64,000 bases of DNA from Phoronis australis (Eukaryota; Animalia; Phoronida). Below are positions 25,500 through 38,136 of the stretch, in pieces. Made by a program: the position numbers and the translations under genes. The stretch lies in NCBI GenBank assembly GCA_002633005.1, contig NMRA01000691.1, forward strand, positions 137,406-201,405. Reading direction: 5' to 3'. Position 1 is the stretch's first letter; each line of letters opens with the position of its first letter. The notes beneath the pieces were generated by a model. The model saw only the letters and a list, made by a program, of their open reading frames with translations, did not search any database and was not told the DNA's origin.

Positions 25500-26856
25500 T
25501 TTATGCGACTTCTATCATGTATTATATTGTTACTCTGTTCCTGCTCTTCAACTACACGGTCGAAAAAGAAACACTAACTAGGTGTGATTCATCTGGCGTC
25601 CGTCTGTCTGGCGTCCATCCGTCTGGTGTCCGTCTGTCTGGCGTCCATCCGGTGTGCATTGCTCTATCTTCAAAACATCATGAAATTTTGCACATGCTCC
25701 TTTCATTGATGGGACGGCATGAGCAAACTTTCAGACAGATTCGACTACCGGTGTGCTCCCTAATGGCAATTTTAGTTTTTATGTTTACCTCTGTGTACCC
25801 GAAGGTACTCAATGGATTTTCATAAAATTCGGAAATAGGCATCTATTAGTGAGGTGATGGTATCCTTCCATTTACAGGTGGATTTGGGGTATTTTGCGCC
25901 ACCTAGTGACCATATTTAACATTTTTGAGTTTTTTGGCATCCGCCCCTCTATGAACCAAACTGCTCTAAGGATGATTGTGCAAATTTGCATAGATGCTTG
26001 AACTATGAAGAGGATGGTTGACTTTGTTTTTCTGACGACTTCGTGTACTGTGCTGCCTCCTAGTGACTGTTTAGTTTCATTTTGCACCCATGGCTGTATC
26101 TCCTAAACCTTGTGCAGGATCTTTACTAAATTTAGCAAGTGTATTTATATGAAGTCGACAATGGAAATGACGACTTTCTGATGGATCTGACTGCTGGTGT
26201 GCCCCCAAGTGGAAATTTTATTTTTTTATGTTTACCTGTGTATCAATGCATTTTCATAAAATTTGGAGTATGGGCATCTATTAGTGAAGTGACGTTTTCA
26301 GATGGATTCAATGTATTTTGCACAACCTGGTGGCCATTTTTGCTTTTTTGAGTCTGTTTTTTGGTGTTAGACCCTCTGTCAACCAAACCACTTTAAGGAT
26401 GATTTTGAAAATTGGCGTATATATTCTCAGTATGAAGAGGATGATTGACAATGACGACTTTAGCTACTGTGGTGCCTCCCAGTGTCAGTTTTGTTTTGTT
26501 TTGTGTCCGTAGCTGTATCTCTTAAACCTATTGCAGAATCTTTATTAAATTTAGTGAGTGTGTTTATATGATGTTAACAACTGACGATGACAACTTTTAG
26601 AGGGATCCAAGAACTACTCTGTCCCCTAGCGGCAATTTCATTTTTTCCGTTTTCCTTTGTTTCTCTGAAGATCCTCGACAGATTTTTCTGAAATTTTTTT
26701 AAATAGCTCCCTATTCAAGAAACAATGGCGTCTTGCCAGTTTCAGATAGATTCATTGATTTTACATCCTTTTTGTGATACAACTAAACAACCTTAGAAGC
26801 ACACCGTTTGTAGCGCATTTGTGGTTGCATTTCAACGCTCTGCATTACTCTTGTTT
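25500..26856 (+). mobile_element. HINE-like copy
   Basis: gtcc/gtct microsatellite 25590-25650, core subunits, 3' end tgtggttgcatttcaacgctctg...ctcttgtt. Confidence 0.75.
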
Positions 26857-27006
26857 GTCATTCGATTAGAGTTTTTAAAATGATAGCAAATTGTTTGTTG
26901 TCCGGCCTAGTGAAACACATCCTGGGTGGTATTGACTGATTTTCCATTATTAATTTTGTGAAAGTTGAATACAGTACTTTGCCGTCACAAAGTGTTCTTA
27001 ACGTAG

Positions 27007-27217
27007 GTGACTGCCGTTAAGTCTGGGGTCACGTCTCGTGTTGAAGAGGTCAAGTCTGGCGCGAAGCGTACTGTAAACTTTATGAAGGACTTTGGCTGTA
27101 ACACCGTGCAGGAGGTACTAGAGACCAGCTATGGCAAGGCTTTGAAGACTAGAGTTCAGGACTCTATCTGCACTGCTGAGACTCTGGTTGATACCTACCT
27201 TCCTGAAGAGGAAAAAG
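27007..27217 (+). CDS. Perilipin exon
   Basis: VTAVKSGVTSRVEEVKSG...LVDTYLPEEEK. Confidence 0.9.
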
Positions 27218-28113
27218 GTGAGATGGTCAATATAGTTACCGCCAGTCTCTAGCGCACTTGTTATGGGAGGATTCTAAAATGATTAGATGCTATAGTGAGT
27301 GCGTTTCCCTTGCTTGACCCTTTGCTTAAAGACCAACTCACCAAATGCGACTTGACAGAGATACAAAGATCTCAAGTTGGCACATTAAAACTGAGGTCAC
27401 TAAAACCATAACCGGGATCGGAAGTTGTCAACCAAAAAAATTAACATGCTGCTGTCACCATTATTGAAACTTACACACATCTCTTCCATTTCTCTACTAC
27501 ATATAATATACACCATTCACTGTGTCTTGCTGTATACTTTACCCTTACGCAACACATTGCCGCGTCACACGATCCAAGGTTGCCATTTTTTGTGACAGGT
27601 GTGGTCATGTTTTGCACAGGACTGGACCGGGAGCTTGTTATGCACATGTGTAGTGTTAAGACGAAATTATTTTTTCATCATTACATTAAATATGCCGGAG
27701 TTGCTTTGCTTTGCTTTGCTTTGCTTTGCTATCATACTATACCTCAAGTTTCGTTCTTAAATCTCAAGTTTTGCTCTCCATATTGCCCATTCCATGTAAT
27801 ACAATTTGATAGTACAGTAACGTTCCTTCCCTTCCTCCTAATCACCAAGTACAGCCACAGAAGCACATGTATGCGATTTCATTAATTGTTTTGATCACGT
27901 CAAGACTGACAAAGCAGTACAGCACTGATGAACTGGTTAGTGGTACAGTTGAATACAGACAAAATAACAGTGGTTGTAATCAATTGGGAATCGGCTAAAC
28001 TGCGTCAGTAATGTAGGGGTTCGATTTGTACCATGGTTTTTCTTAGGTCTGTGAAAATAACTTGCTCTCCTCTGTTGCTGCTTGTTGCTTCTAGTGCCTC
28101 TGGTCTTTTGCAG

Positions 28114-28295
28114 ACGAGACTAAAGCTGCCTCAGTCGAGAAGGCTGTGTCTGCCGACACTAACATGGTAGTCCGTGTGGGAACTTTGGGTAATAAAGTTC
28201 GCCGCCGCATGTACGATCGCGCCATGAGAGAGGTCACCCGTCTTCAGCTGAGGAGTAAAGAGGCATTGGACAACCTAAACTACAGTGTGGACCTG
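28114..28295 (+). CDS. Perilipin exon
   Basis: ETKAAS...VRVGTLGNKVRRRMYDRAM...NYSVDL; donor gtgagt. Confidence 0.92.
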
Positions 28296-28324
28296 GTGAG
28301 TAGGAAGGCATTGGATTATAATGA

Positions 28325-31004
28325 TTTTTATGCGGCCACATATTTATATGTGGACGCATTATGCCGTCATCTCCATACGTTGATGAAATTTGGCACATAT
28401 GTTCCATTCATGAATGGGACGGCATGAGCACACTTTCCGACAGATCTTATTGAAATTTGGCAGGTGTGTTCCTATGAGGTTGATGACAGAGGGCGACGAG
28501 TTTCAAACCGACTCAAATATCGCTGTAACCCCCGGTGACAATTTTAGTTTTTATGCGCCCACATATTTATATGTGGACGCATTATGCCGTCATCTCTGTC
28601 CGTCCGGGCGGCGTCCGTCCGGTGTCCGGCGTCCGCTGCTCTATCTCCAAAACCCTTTGACATACGTTCGTGAAATTTGCCGCATATGTTCCATTCATGA
28701 ATGGGACGGCATGTGCGAACTTTCGGACGGATCCGACTACCGGTGTGCCCCCTAGTGGCAATTTTAGTTTTTTACGCTTACCTTTGTATCTTCAAAAGTC
28801 CTGAACGGATTTTCATGAAATTTGGTATGTAGCCACCTATTAGTGAGATGACGCTATCCTGCCGTTTTCAGATGGATTCGACATAGTTTGTGCCACCTAG
28901 TGGCCATTTTTAGTGTTTTCGAGTGCGTCCACCCCTCTATCAACCAAACCGCTCAAAGGATGATTGTGAAAATTGGCATGTATATGCTTACTATGTAGAG
29001 GACGGTTGACGATGATTTTCCGACGATTTCGACCACTTTGGCGCCTCCTAGTGGCAGTTTTGTTTTTTGCGCCTATGGCTGTATCTCCTAAACTGTTCGT
29101 AGGATCTTTACGAAATTGTGTAAGTATATTTATATGATGTTAACAATAGGAGATGACGACTTTTGGACGGATCCGACTACCGGTGTGCCCCCTAGTGGCA
29201 ATTTTAATTTTTTTACGCTTACCTTTGTATTTTCAAAAGTCCTGAACGGATTTTCATGAAATTTGGTATGTAGGCACCTATTAGTGAGATGACGCTATCC
29301 TCCCGTTTTCAGATGGATTCAACATAGTTTGCGCAACCTAGTGGCCATTTTTAGTGTTTTCGAGTCTGTTTTTGTGCGTCCACCCCTCTATCAACCAAAC
29401 TGCTCAACGGATGATTGTAAAAATTGGCGTGTATGTGCTTACTATAAGGAAGACAGCTGACAATGATTTTCAGACGATTTGGACTACTGTGGCGCCTCCT
29501 AGTGGCAGTTTTTTTTTGCGCCTAAGGCTGTATCTCCTAAACCGTTTGCAGGATCTTTATGAAATTTAATAAGTGTATTTATATTATGTTAAGAACAGAC
29601 GATGAAGAATTTTGGACGGATCCGCCTACCGGTGTGCCCCCTAGTGGCAATTTTAATTTTTTACGTTTACCTCCGTATCTTCACAAGTTCTTAACGGATT
29701 TTCATGAAATTTGGTATGTAGGCACCTATTAGTGCGATGACGCTATCCTGCCGTTTTCGGATGGATTCGACCTAGTTTGCGACACCCAGTGGCCATTTTT
29801 ACTGTTTTTTGGCGTCCACCCCTCTATCAACCAAACCGCTATAAGTATGATTGTGAAAATTGGCATGTATGTTCTTACTATGAAGAGGACGGTTGACGCT
29901 GAATTTCCCATGACTTTGATTACTGTGGCGCCTCGTAGTGGCAGTTTTTTTTGCGCCCATGGCTGTATCTCCCAAACCGTTTGCAGGATCTTTACTAAAT
30001 TTAGCAAGTGTATTTATTTGATGTTGACAACGGACGATGACGACTTTAGGATGATTCTGACAACCGGTATGCCTCTAGTGGCAATTTNCCCCCTACTGGC
30101 CACTTTATGGTACCAATAAACAACCCTAGAAGGATACCGTATGCGGTGCAATTGTGGGTGCATTTCAACGCTCTGCGTTGCTCTTGTTTACGTTTGCGTC
30201 TGTATCTTGAAAGGTCCTCAAGCGATTTTCATGAAATTTGGCACATAGGCATCTATTAATGAGGTGACGCTATCTTTTCGTTTTTGGATGGATTCGAGGT
30301 ATTTTGCACTGAATTTAGCAAGTGTGTTTATATGATGTTGACTATGGACCACGACGACTTTCGGACAGATCTGACTACTGCTGTGCCCCCTAGTGGCAAT
30401 TTTAGTTTTTTACATTTAACTCCGTTTCTTCAAAGGTCCTCAACAGATTTTCATAAAATTTAAATAGAGGCATCTATTGGTGTGATGATGGTATCTTCCT
30501 ATTTTTGGATGGAATCGAGGTATTTTGCACCACCTAGTGGCTATTTTTGCTGTTTTCAAACTTGTTTTTGGTGTCCACCCCTGTATCAACCAAAACATTT
30601 GAAAATTGGCATATATGTTCTCAGTTTGAAGATGACCTTTGTTGATGGTGAGTGACTACTGTGGCGCCTCCTAATGGTAGTTTTGTTTTGCGCCCATGGT
30701 TGTATCTCCTGAACCCACTGCAGGATCTTTACAGTAAGTGTATTTATATGAAGATAACAACAGACAACGACTTTTAGGCGGATCCAACGGACACTGTGCC
30801 CACTAGTGGCAATTTCATTTTATTCTGTTTTCCTTTGTTTCTCTGAAGGTCCTTGACAGATTTTTATGAAATATGGCATGTTTCTGTTTTTGGATGGATT
30901 GTATGTTTTTGCACCATCTAGTGGCTATTTTTATGATACAAATAAATAACCCTAAAAGCACACCATTTGCAATACATTCGTGGACGCATTTCAACGCTCT
31001 TGTT
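28325..31004 (+). mobile_element. Older HINE-like copy hosting a nested copy
   Basis: 5' hairpin atgcggccaca...tgtggacgcat at ~28330; core resumes at 30189; 3' end near 30980-31004. Confidence 0.75.
28548..30188 (+). mobile_element. Full-length HINE-like (Helentron-associated) element
   Basis: T-run, subTIR ATGCGCCCACA with inverted TGTGGACGCAT, gtcc microsatellite, about three ~440-bp tandem units, 3' subTIR TGTGGGTGCAT, hairpin CAACGCtctGCGTTG, T-run; no TSD; single n at 30088. Confidence 0.85.
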
Positions 31005-31350
31005 AAGGTGTTGTAGTTCCCTATAAATTCAGTGTTTTTCAAAGATAATTCCAAGCTTTTACTTGCCATTAACAATATGAAAAGTGTGTGTGGAACTATG
31101 CAATATATATGTATATCTATGTTTAAAGTGAGTACATAAATCTGGTATCACAATTGACTTGTGATTTCTTATGTACTTTAATTCTTTCAAATCCTGTTAA
31201 TGTTACTTAAAATATGGTTTTGTTTTTAACATTCAATTACTCCTTATTGTTTTTTTCTACATTCTTCTCTGATTTGGAACAGTGGCTGATCAGATTCATT
31301 TGAAACTCACAAGAAGCTCCACTAACAATCCTGTTCTGTTTTCACTTCAG

Positions 31351-31503
31351 ATGAAGTACGCCCATGAGCACTTTGACTCTGCCAAGAATAAAATGAGTGA
31401 TAACTATGAGGCTGCCAGAGACAAGATGGCTGACATCTGGGACCAAGTGAAACGTGATGAGGATGAGAAAGAAGAGGAGACTGAGAAAGATTTCAAAGAA
31501 CTG
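31351..31503 (+). CDS. Perilipin exon
   Basis: MKYAHEHFDSAK...IWDQVKRDEDEKEEETEKDFKEL; 153 nt. Confidence 0.88.
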
Positions 31504-31905
31504 GTGCGTGTGCCTCTATTTTGGGATGTTATCAAGTTATTTCTTGGAATCTTATGTTAATTATTGGGATCTTATCGATGTTATTGATTGAGGTCCTATA
31601 ATATTGTTTATTGGTTATCTATGATGTTATTTATTACTAGGCTCTTGCAATGTGAATTAATGGGATCATATGATACATGTTATTTACAGGCATCATAAGT
31701 TATTCAATGGGGTCTTGTATTGTTATTTATTGGGATCTTAAATGTGATTAACTGGCATTTTAGCCTGGTTTACCATATTTGGATGTGAACTCTCAACATT
31801 ATTAAATCTATGCTCCCTTATCAGAATAAAACTAATGGAGAATTACAAATGTGATTGTCTGCCCTTCTTAGCTTTGCCTTTATAAATATAACACATTGTC
31901 CTTAG

Positions 31906-32073
31906 ACCCTAGAGCGACGCACCATTCTCGCAGCACGCTTCCTCACATCTCGTCTCAAGCAGAGCATGTCCATGCTCTCCGCATTGCCCGACCGTGTCCT
32001 GCCCACCACAATGAAGGTCAAAGTTCAGGAGATGAAGCAGTATACTGAGGAATGGCTCAAGGCTTTCACTGAG
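31906..32073 (+). CDS. Perilipin exon
   Basis: TLERRTILAARFLTSRLKQSM...WLKAFTE; 168 nt. Confidence 0.9.
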
Positions 32074-32659
32074 GTAGCCATTTGCTGGCAGCTGCTGGAG
32101 CTTGTTTCTCTCGAAAATTTGATTTTGGAGTCAGAGCATAAAATACAAAACCAGTCTTCTTAAAGAATTTGATAGATAGATGTTTATATAGTATTGATTG
32201 GCACTAAAACATTTCTAGTAACGAACAAGTAATAGCTTTTAATAAATAATAGGGTGATGAAGTTGACTTTCCACTTGAGGACTAGCATAGTGAGGCTTGT
32301 TCAAAAGTTAATCTCTAGTCTAAATCTTAGTTTGATTATTAATTTGTTATCAATAATATTGTTCAGTAAGTTTCTAATATAATGATGCCCTTGTTGTTTT
32401 GAAACTACAAATTAAAACATGTCCCTCTGATCTAATTAAGTTTTGCCTTGATAAGTGGCAGTAATAAATTGAGCTGAATCGTGTCTCACTATGCCAGTGT
32501 GCTTGAGGTTGATCTCCAGCCGGAGATCTATGGAATAGTGACAAGATTAATAGAAAAATTTTGCATGAATCAACTTGTTTTGGATCACCAGTGCTTCACA
32601 GAAATTTCCCGTTACCTTGCATCACCTGAGTAGGATTTCTTACGTGATGGACATTTCAG

Positions 32660-32785
32660 GCCCACAGCGTACTTGACATCCCTGCCATTGCACTCGATCA
32701 AGTCAAGACCCAGATCGCCCGTGTTCAGGAGATGATGTTGGACATGACCGACTACATCCTGGCTACACCCGCTCTCAGCTGGCTG
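32660..32785 (+). CDS. Perilipin exon
   Basis: AHSVLDIPAIALDQVKTQIARVQEMMLDMTDYILATPALSWL; donor gtgagt. Confidence 0.92.
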
Positions 32786-35039
32786 GTGAGTAGAGAGTGA
32801 CACCTTTGGCCAGCGCACATACTATCATAAGCCCATAGCCAAGTAAAACTGTCAATTACAACTCTGCATGGAAAATGTTGTGGACATGTCACTTTCCTGG
32901 ACTTGATATTGCTTGTGATCGGTATGTTTTGCAAGTTTAAAGCACCTTGTGCTAGCCCAAAGTATTACCTGTTTATGTGATCTACTTTATGGTTCAGATG
33001 TGCCATCAATGTAGAGTAATGTTTTACTTGGCTTCCATTTTGTTTGACTCTTGACCTGTTCACTTAAGGAGTTGTGTGTCTAGCCAGAACCAGGTACCAA
33101 CAGTACTCGGTGACTTGTTCCAACCACCTGTGTGCATCACGTGTGTGAAAGCACCGTCCAAACTGTTTATTCCATGCAAAGCACATCTTTTATTTACACT
33201 TTCTCCTCGATTGCACAGTGAAATGAGTGAATTCAATTACTAATTTTGAGTGGCACCCCCGAGGTCTTGAAAACGGGTGAGATTTTCTCAGGCTAAGTTT
33301 AAATTATGTTTAGTTACTTTATCTTATTCTTCACTGATTCAACATGCACATATGGATGATTTCATGTTTACCAGGTGTTAATAATGATAGGTTCATTTTT
33401 TATCCTCAAGTTTTTACCTTATTTCTGCTTAGGAATAAAGAACGAGAACTCATTTTTGTGGAATTGAATAAAATGCAATGTATAGTCAACGTGCTGTGCT
33501 GCAGTTGTGCACTAGTCTAGTGTTGCTTTTTCAATCAAAATCAACATTACTCGCCAGAACAAGTGATGCATCACTTTCTTGAAACAACATTTCTTGCATA
33601 CGACAAAAAATCGCGTTCCAAACCAATAGCCGTCGGCTTAAGGAGACGAACACTTCTTCGGAAAATTGCTTTGACTAACCTGTCGGCGGTTGTGCAAGGT
33701 ATGTTATGGTTAAGTTGACAGCCGTGTAACATAGCTTCTGATAGCAATCTTCTGCGTCGAGCTATCTTTCAGCTCTTACTTTGCAATGTTTCCTTTCTCT
33801 CTGCACTTTGCAATGTTTCCTTTCCGCTCTGCTCTCATGTTCTGTACGAATGTTGCATGTTTGCTCAAGTTAATTATGTATTCATATTTTCTTTGGTCAC
33901 GACTTCACTAATGATTTCATCAGGGTCATCAAAGTCGTGCTCACTGATTCATATTCCTCCAGATGGCGCACTGGTTGCAACAAACCGCGTTACATATTGA
34001 TACCGTACTTCAAATTACTCATGGGTGTGAAGGCATTTGAGGTTATGTAGTATGGTAGGAATTGTTTTTAAAATGTTCCACTTTTCCACAAGTTAAGTGG
34101 CAAATGATTTTTATGATCTTTATGAAAAAATCAAAGTTTGAATGTTAACAAAAATGGAATGCTAATTTTCAAAACTGAAATAGCATTTTGAGACATTATC
34201 TTGAACATATATATCAAATGATTAGGTTAATGACAAATTGATATTAAGTCAAAAATTAAATTTTGCATGTTTTGTACTCTCAAGAATATACAATGTGCTT
34301 TTATTGATTTAACGTCTTTTGTTTTGTCGAAGTTCGTTGAAATACACAAACTTGTTGATAAGTTAATCTATAATCTTAACTTGAGATCAGACAATGGATA
34401 CTACTGCTTTTCACATACTAACCTCCACATTAATGTGTTGAAACTGTTTTGCCATCTTGCTGTAATTTTGTTGTGACCAGAGACAATATGGTGAACTTTG
34501 CCACATGTTGTTGCTTGTTCTGCATAAAAAGGTTGTCATAGAGATCCATAGCTGTGAGTGCTTGCCATCAGTTTCAGTTGTGGCACACCAAAGCCTTACA
34601 CAAGTGATGGTCCCAGAAGTGCCGCAAATATTGCCGTTTATTTCTAGCCGATGTACAATTCTGTATTGCCTCCTAATGTACACACAAATTAGTGTCCTAG
34701 TCTTTACTGGCTCCATTTTTAACCGATTGGTCACAGCAGTAATTGAAAAAAATGTTGCAGTTACACTACGATAACGTCTGGCATTTCTTACTTTTGGCAC
34801 TATGTTTTATGTTTCCTATGAAATAACACATGGTCAAATTGTGTTTTCTATTAAATTCTTCATCATCATGGGACACGTCTTTTGTGTGCTTGACCCTTTC
34901 TTATAACCACAGTCCTTTATGCACAGCAGGCAGTGGGCTTGAGTAGTGTTCACCGGTGTTCCTTTTTGTAGACCTGTTCTGGTGTCGCTGTAAATGAGCC
35001 TTATGGCATTGGGTTTTAACACTAACCTTGAGCTACCCG

Positions 35040-35190
35040 TGGATTTAGAGGAGTATGACCTGGTTGGAAAGGGTTACCACTTTCTTCACTCAATGCCGTG
35101 GGTTTGAGTCTCACTGGGCCACACTGCTAGTCCCTTGAGTCAGGCCTCTAACTCCTCAGCTCAATTTTATTTACGTCCTAATAAAGCATA
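35040..35190 (+). mobile_element. Possible decayed tRNA-derived SINE
   Basis: B-box-like gggtttgagtc followed by tcccttgag...taac; heavily degenerate. Confidence 0.25.
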
Positions 35191-35452
35191 AAAATGGTCC
35201 AGGTGATCAGTAATGGGCCCACATGTGAAGCCTGCCCAGTTGTGGTACAACGTGTACCTGACTGCCTGCCTGCAGTTAATTTTTTCACCTGTAGATTTGG
35301 TTGTAATTTGTCAACTTTGCTCTGTTCAGCACGCGCTGTTGATTCAGATTTTGAGCATGCTTTCTGTAATGCTTCTTGCATTTATTTTGATGTGAAGTGC
35401 ATATTTTTTAACATGTGTGTGTATTCTCTACTTGCCTCGTGACAAGCCTTGC

Positions 35453-35648
35453 ATCACACAATACTGTGCACTGTTATTACTTGCTTCATGACGCACCTTC
35501 CATCACACCATACTGTGCACTGTTACTACTTGCTTCATGATGCGCCTTGAATCACACAATACTGTGCACTGTTACTACTTGCTTCATGATGCGCCTTGAA
35601 TTACTGTGCACTGTTACTAGTTGCTTCATGATGCGCCTTGAATCACAC
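35453..35648 (+). repeat. 49-bp minisatellite running into a gap
   Basis: ATCACACAATACTGTGCACTGTTACTACTTGCTTCATGATGCGCCTTGA-like units at 35453, 35502, 35551 and onward. Confidence 0.9.
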
Positions 35649-35824
35649 NNNNNNNNNNNNNNNNNNNNNNNNNNNNNNNNNNNNNNNNNNNNNNNNNNNN
35701 NNNNNNNNNNNNNNNNNNNNNNNNNNNNNNNNNNNNNNNNNNNNNNNNNNNNNNNNNNNNNNNNNNNNNNNNNNNNNNNNNNNNNNNNNNNNNNNNNNNN
35801 NNNNNNNNNNNNNNNNNNNNNNNN

Positions 35825-35887
35825 GAGTATGAGGATGAAGAGTTCCACGAGGATGCATATAATGGTGACAGTGATGATGTCATGTAA
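35825..35887 (+). CDS. Candidate alternative perilipin terminal exon (3' part; start hidden in gap)
   Basis: EYEDEEFHEDAYNGDSDDVM* directly after the gap; AATAAA at 37031. Confidence 0.4.
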   Translation, partial: EYEDEEFHEDAYNGDSDDVM

Positions 35888-38046
35888 TGCATTGTTGTTC
35901 TGGCCCCTAGTCAAGATATGGCGCCGGCAACAACCTGGATAGAACCATTGTCAACTACTTAATAGCATATGTGTGTTGTCTATTAGGTATACAATAGTGG
36001 TGTGGCATGCTTAGTTCAATGAATACATCACACAGCTGTTCAAGTGTTACAACAATTAATGTACAAGCTGTTTACTATGTTATCCTTTGCTTTACCCATA
36101 CATTGATTTGAGTGATTGGTTGTGTTAAACACATGAAACGGCGTTCTCCAGTTCTGAAAATCTAAACAAGTTTTGCGTGTGAAAAACCAAAACAAATATG
36201 CCGAAAACATGCAGCAGTCGACGTTACCTGCAGAGCGCTGTCTTGTTCTTAAACATTAACGCATAGCAGTTCAACAGGTTACAATGGACTTTTTACAAAC
36301 CTATCACATTTTGGTTTATTTACTGACTTGAAAATGTTAGTATATGCAGTCGTGTTTGAAACAGTATGCGGAAACATTTCTCTCTAGTGATGTCTATGTC
36401 AACTAAGTGCAAAAGGTGTCGCATAGAGGTAAACTTTTCAGCAGCAATGTCCTGTGTCCCACAACATAGACACTCCAAGCAAAGTGTCTTGGTGAAGCGA
36501 GTTGCATTTTTATCAGACACATGTCTCGACATTGGAGCCCATGTTTTCTCTTAGTCTTATGTAGCCTTACACACCATTCTTCTAGTGTTATAGCAATTGC
36601 ACCCACTTATAGTGACTATGCTGCTGTCCAACGATGGATTTTGATGTTGGTCCTTTCAATCGCTGCTTGCTTAGTTTGTATTGCTTGTTAGGTTCATGCA
36701 TGAGTCTGGGTAATAAGCATTTCTTTTTGTTTATGTTTGTTTATGTGTTAGTTGTGATTTATTGAAAATTATAACCAATTTGCAATGCACAAGTAATGCA
36801 AGATTGATATTAATTGTATAGCATAGCTAGTAGCTGATGTTTCACTCTTGCTTTGCAAAATATTTGTTTAAGGGGTCGTGAGTTCTAGGACATTCCTTCA
36901 CAACACTGTAAGCTACATGATACTGTAAGTCACGCGTTAGGAAAAATATTATTCAATGAAACTATGTTCAATTGGAAATTACTATCTGGGTTTTGCTTAT
37001 GTAGTGATTTTACAATTATGTGTGCTTGTCAATAAAACTGCTTTTTATGCACTTGTATTTGTTCATAAACATTCAAAGACACACAATTTTTCACGAAGCT
37101 CATTTCAGTGGGATATGATCCAAGAAAAATGAAAATTACCAAGAATAAATTGCAGGGCTTGGTATGACCACTGACAAAAAAACAGAAAAAAATTTCCAGG
37201 TGATGTACATGTTTCTTTCTATATGAAAATAAATAAAGTTTTCTGATAGAAATATTTTTTGTGTTGTAAAATTTAACTGAAATGAACGTTTTTTGGATGG
37301 TACACTTGGCACAGGCTTTTCCACTCCTTTCCTTGAAATTCCATCATACATCTACTATAATTTGATTTTTCGTAGAATTGTGGCCCTTATGTAATGTGCA
37401 CACAGGTTTTTCATGGCATAAATCTGACCTTGGTACAGTATTTAGTCCCTTTATGTTCAACTGAGTAGAAGTTAGTCAAAGGCGCAAACCTCAAATTCTA
37501 ATAAATCAAGTTAGTGGCAGTAACTATTTCATATTGTTGGCAATAAACCAAAATGCAGGATTCTACTCCCAAATTTGAACAAAAATAGTTTTTGTGGTAA
37601 AATCGATTTTGTCTGGTGAAATCTGACCTCTCTCAGTGATCACACTGGCAGACTTACTAGAGTTTCCAAGTTTCCTTGGAAGATGTAATCAAAAATGGCC
37701 CGAGCACTACAAAATGGTGCTATTAGTTTTAACAGTAACAACCCTCGTCTTTTAAGTGAAACCAAAGGTTACCGCTGTACAAAGTGCGTGAACTTGGGCA
37801 TCTGTGCTACAATACTAGAGTTCTGCAAAGTTTTGACTTATGCGAGTAACATAATTAATACTCTGCATTCAGAAAACAACTGAAGGTTTGCTGAATAGAG
37901 AAACAATTGGATGAATCCTGGGGTAGATGAGGTCACCTAAGACCTCTACATCTTTATGGGTATTTTTTCGACTTCACGCAAATAATGTCTTGATAACTAT
38001 GTCGAGTATACACTACTTTTTGACTTTGTGTGACGGCTCGTTTCAG

Positions 38047-38136
38047 GTGCCAGATTTCGACGTGGACATCCAGATTGAACTAAGAGACGTAGAGATGTAC
38101 CAGCCTAATGGTGTCAACACTTTTCCCTTGCAATAA
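38047..38136 (+). CDS. Perilipin terminal exon
   Basis: tttcag|VPDFDVDIQIELRDVEMYQPNGVNTFPLQ*; joins to give ...SWLVP. Confidence 0.75.
   Translation: MPDFDVDIQIELRDVEMYQPNGVNTFPLQ

Larger units (their letters stand above)
21941..38136 (+). other. Perilipin (PAT family, PLIN2-like) gene span, 9 coding exons, ~451 aa
   Basis: PAT domain VSRVTGLPVVSSAW...YSKTKD...CQLAESG...EPQ, amphipathic repeat region, VDTYLP, helical bundle, C-terminal TPALSWLV; phases consistent. One-to-one orthology to vertebrate PLIN2 not established. Confidence 0.92.

Noticed and set aside
33060-34040. Other possible perilipin terminal exons after AGs near 33068, 33432 and 33962
   Set aside because: Only short peptides with no family resemblance; indistinguishable from chance acceptors.
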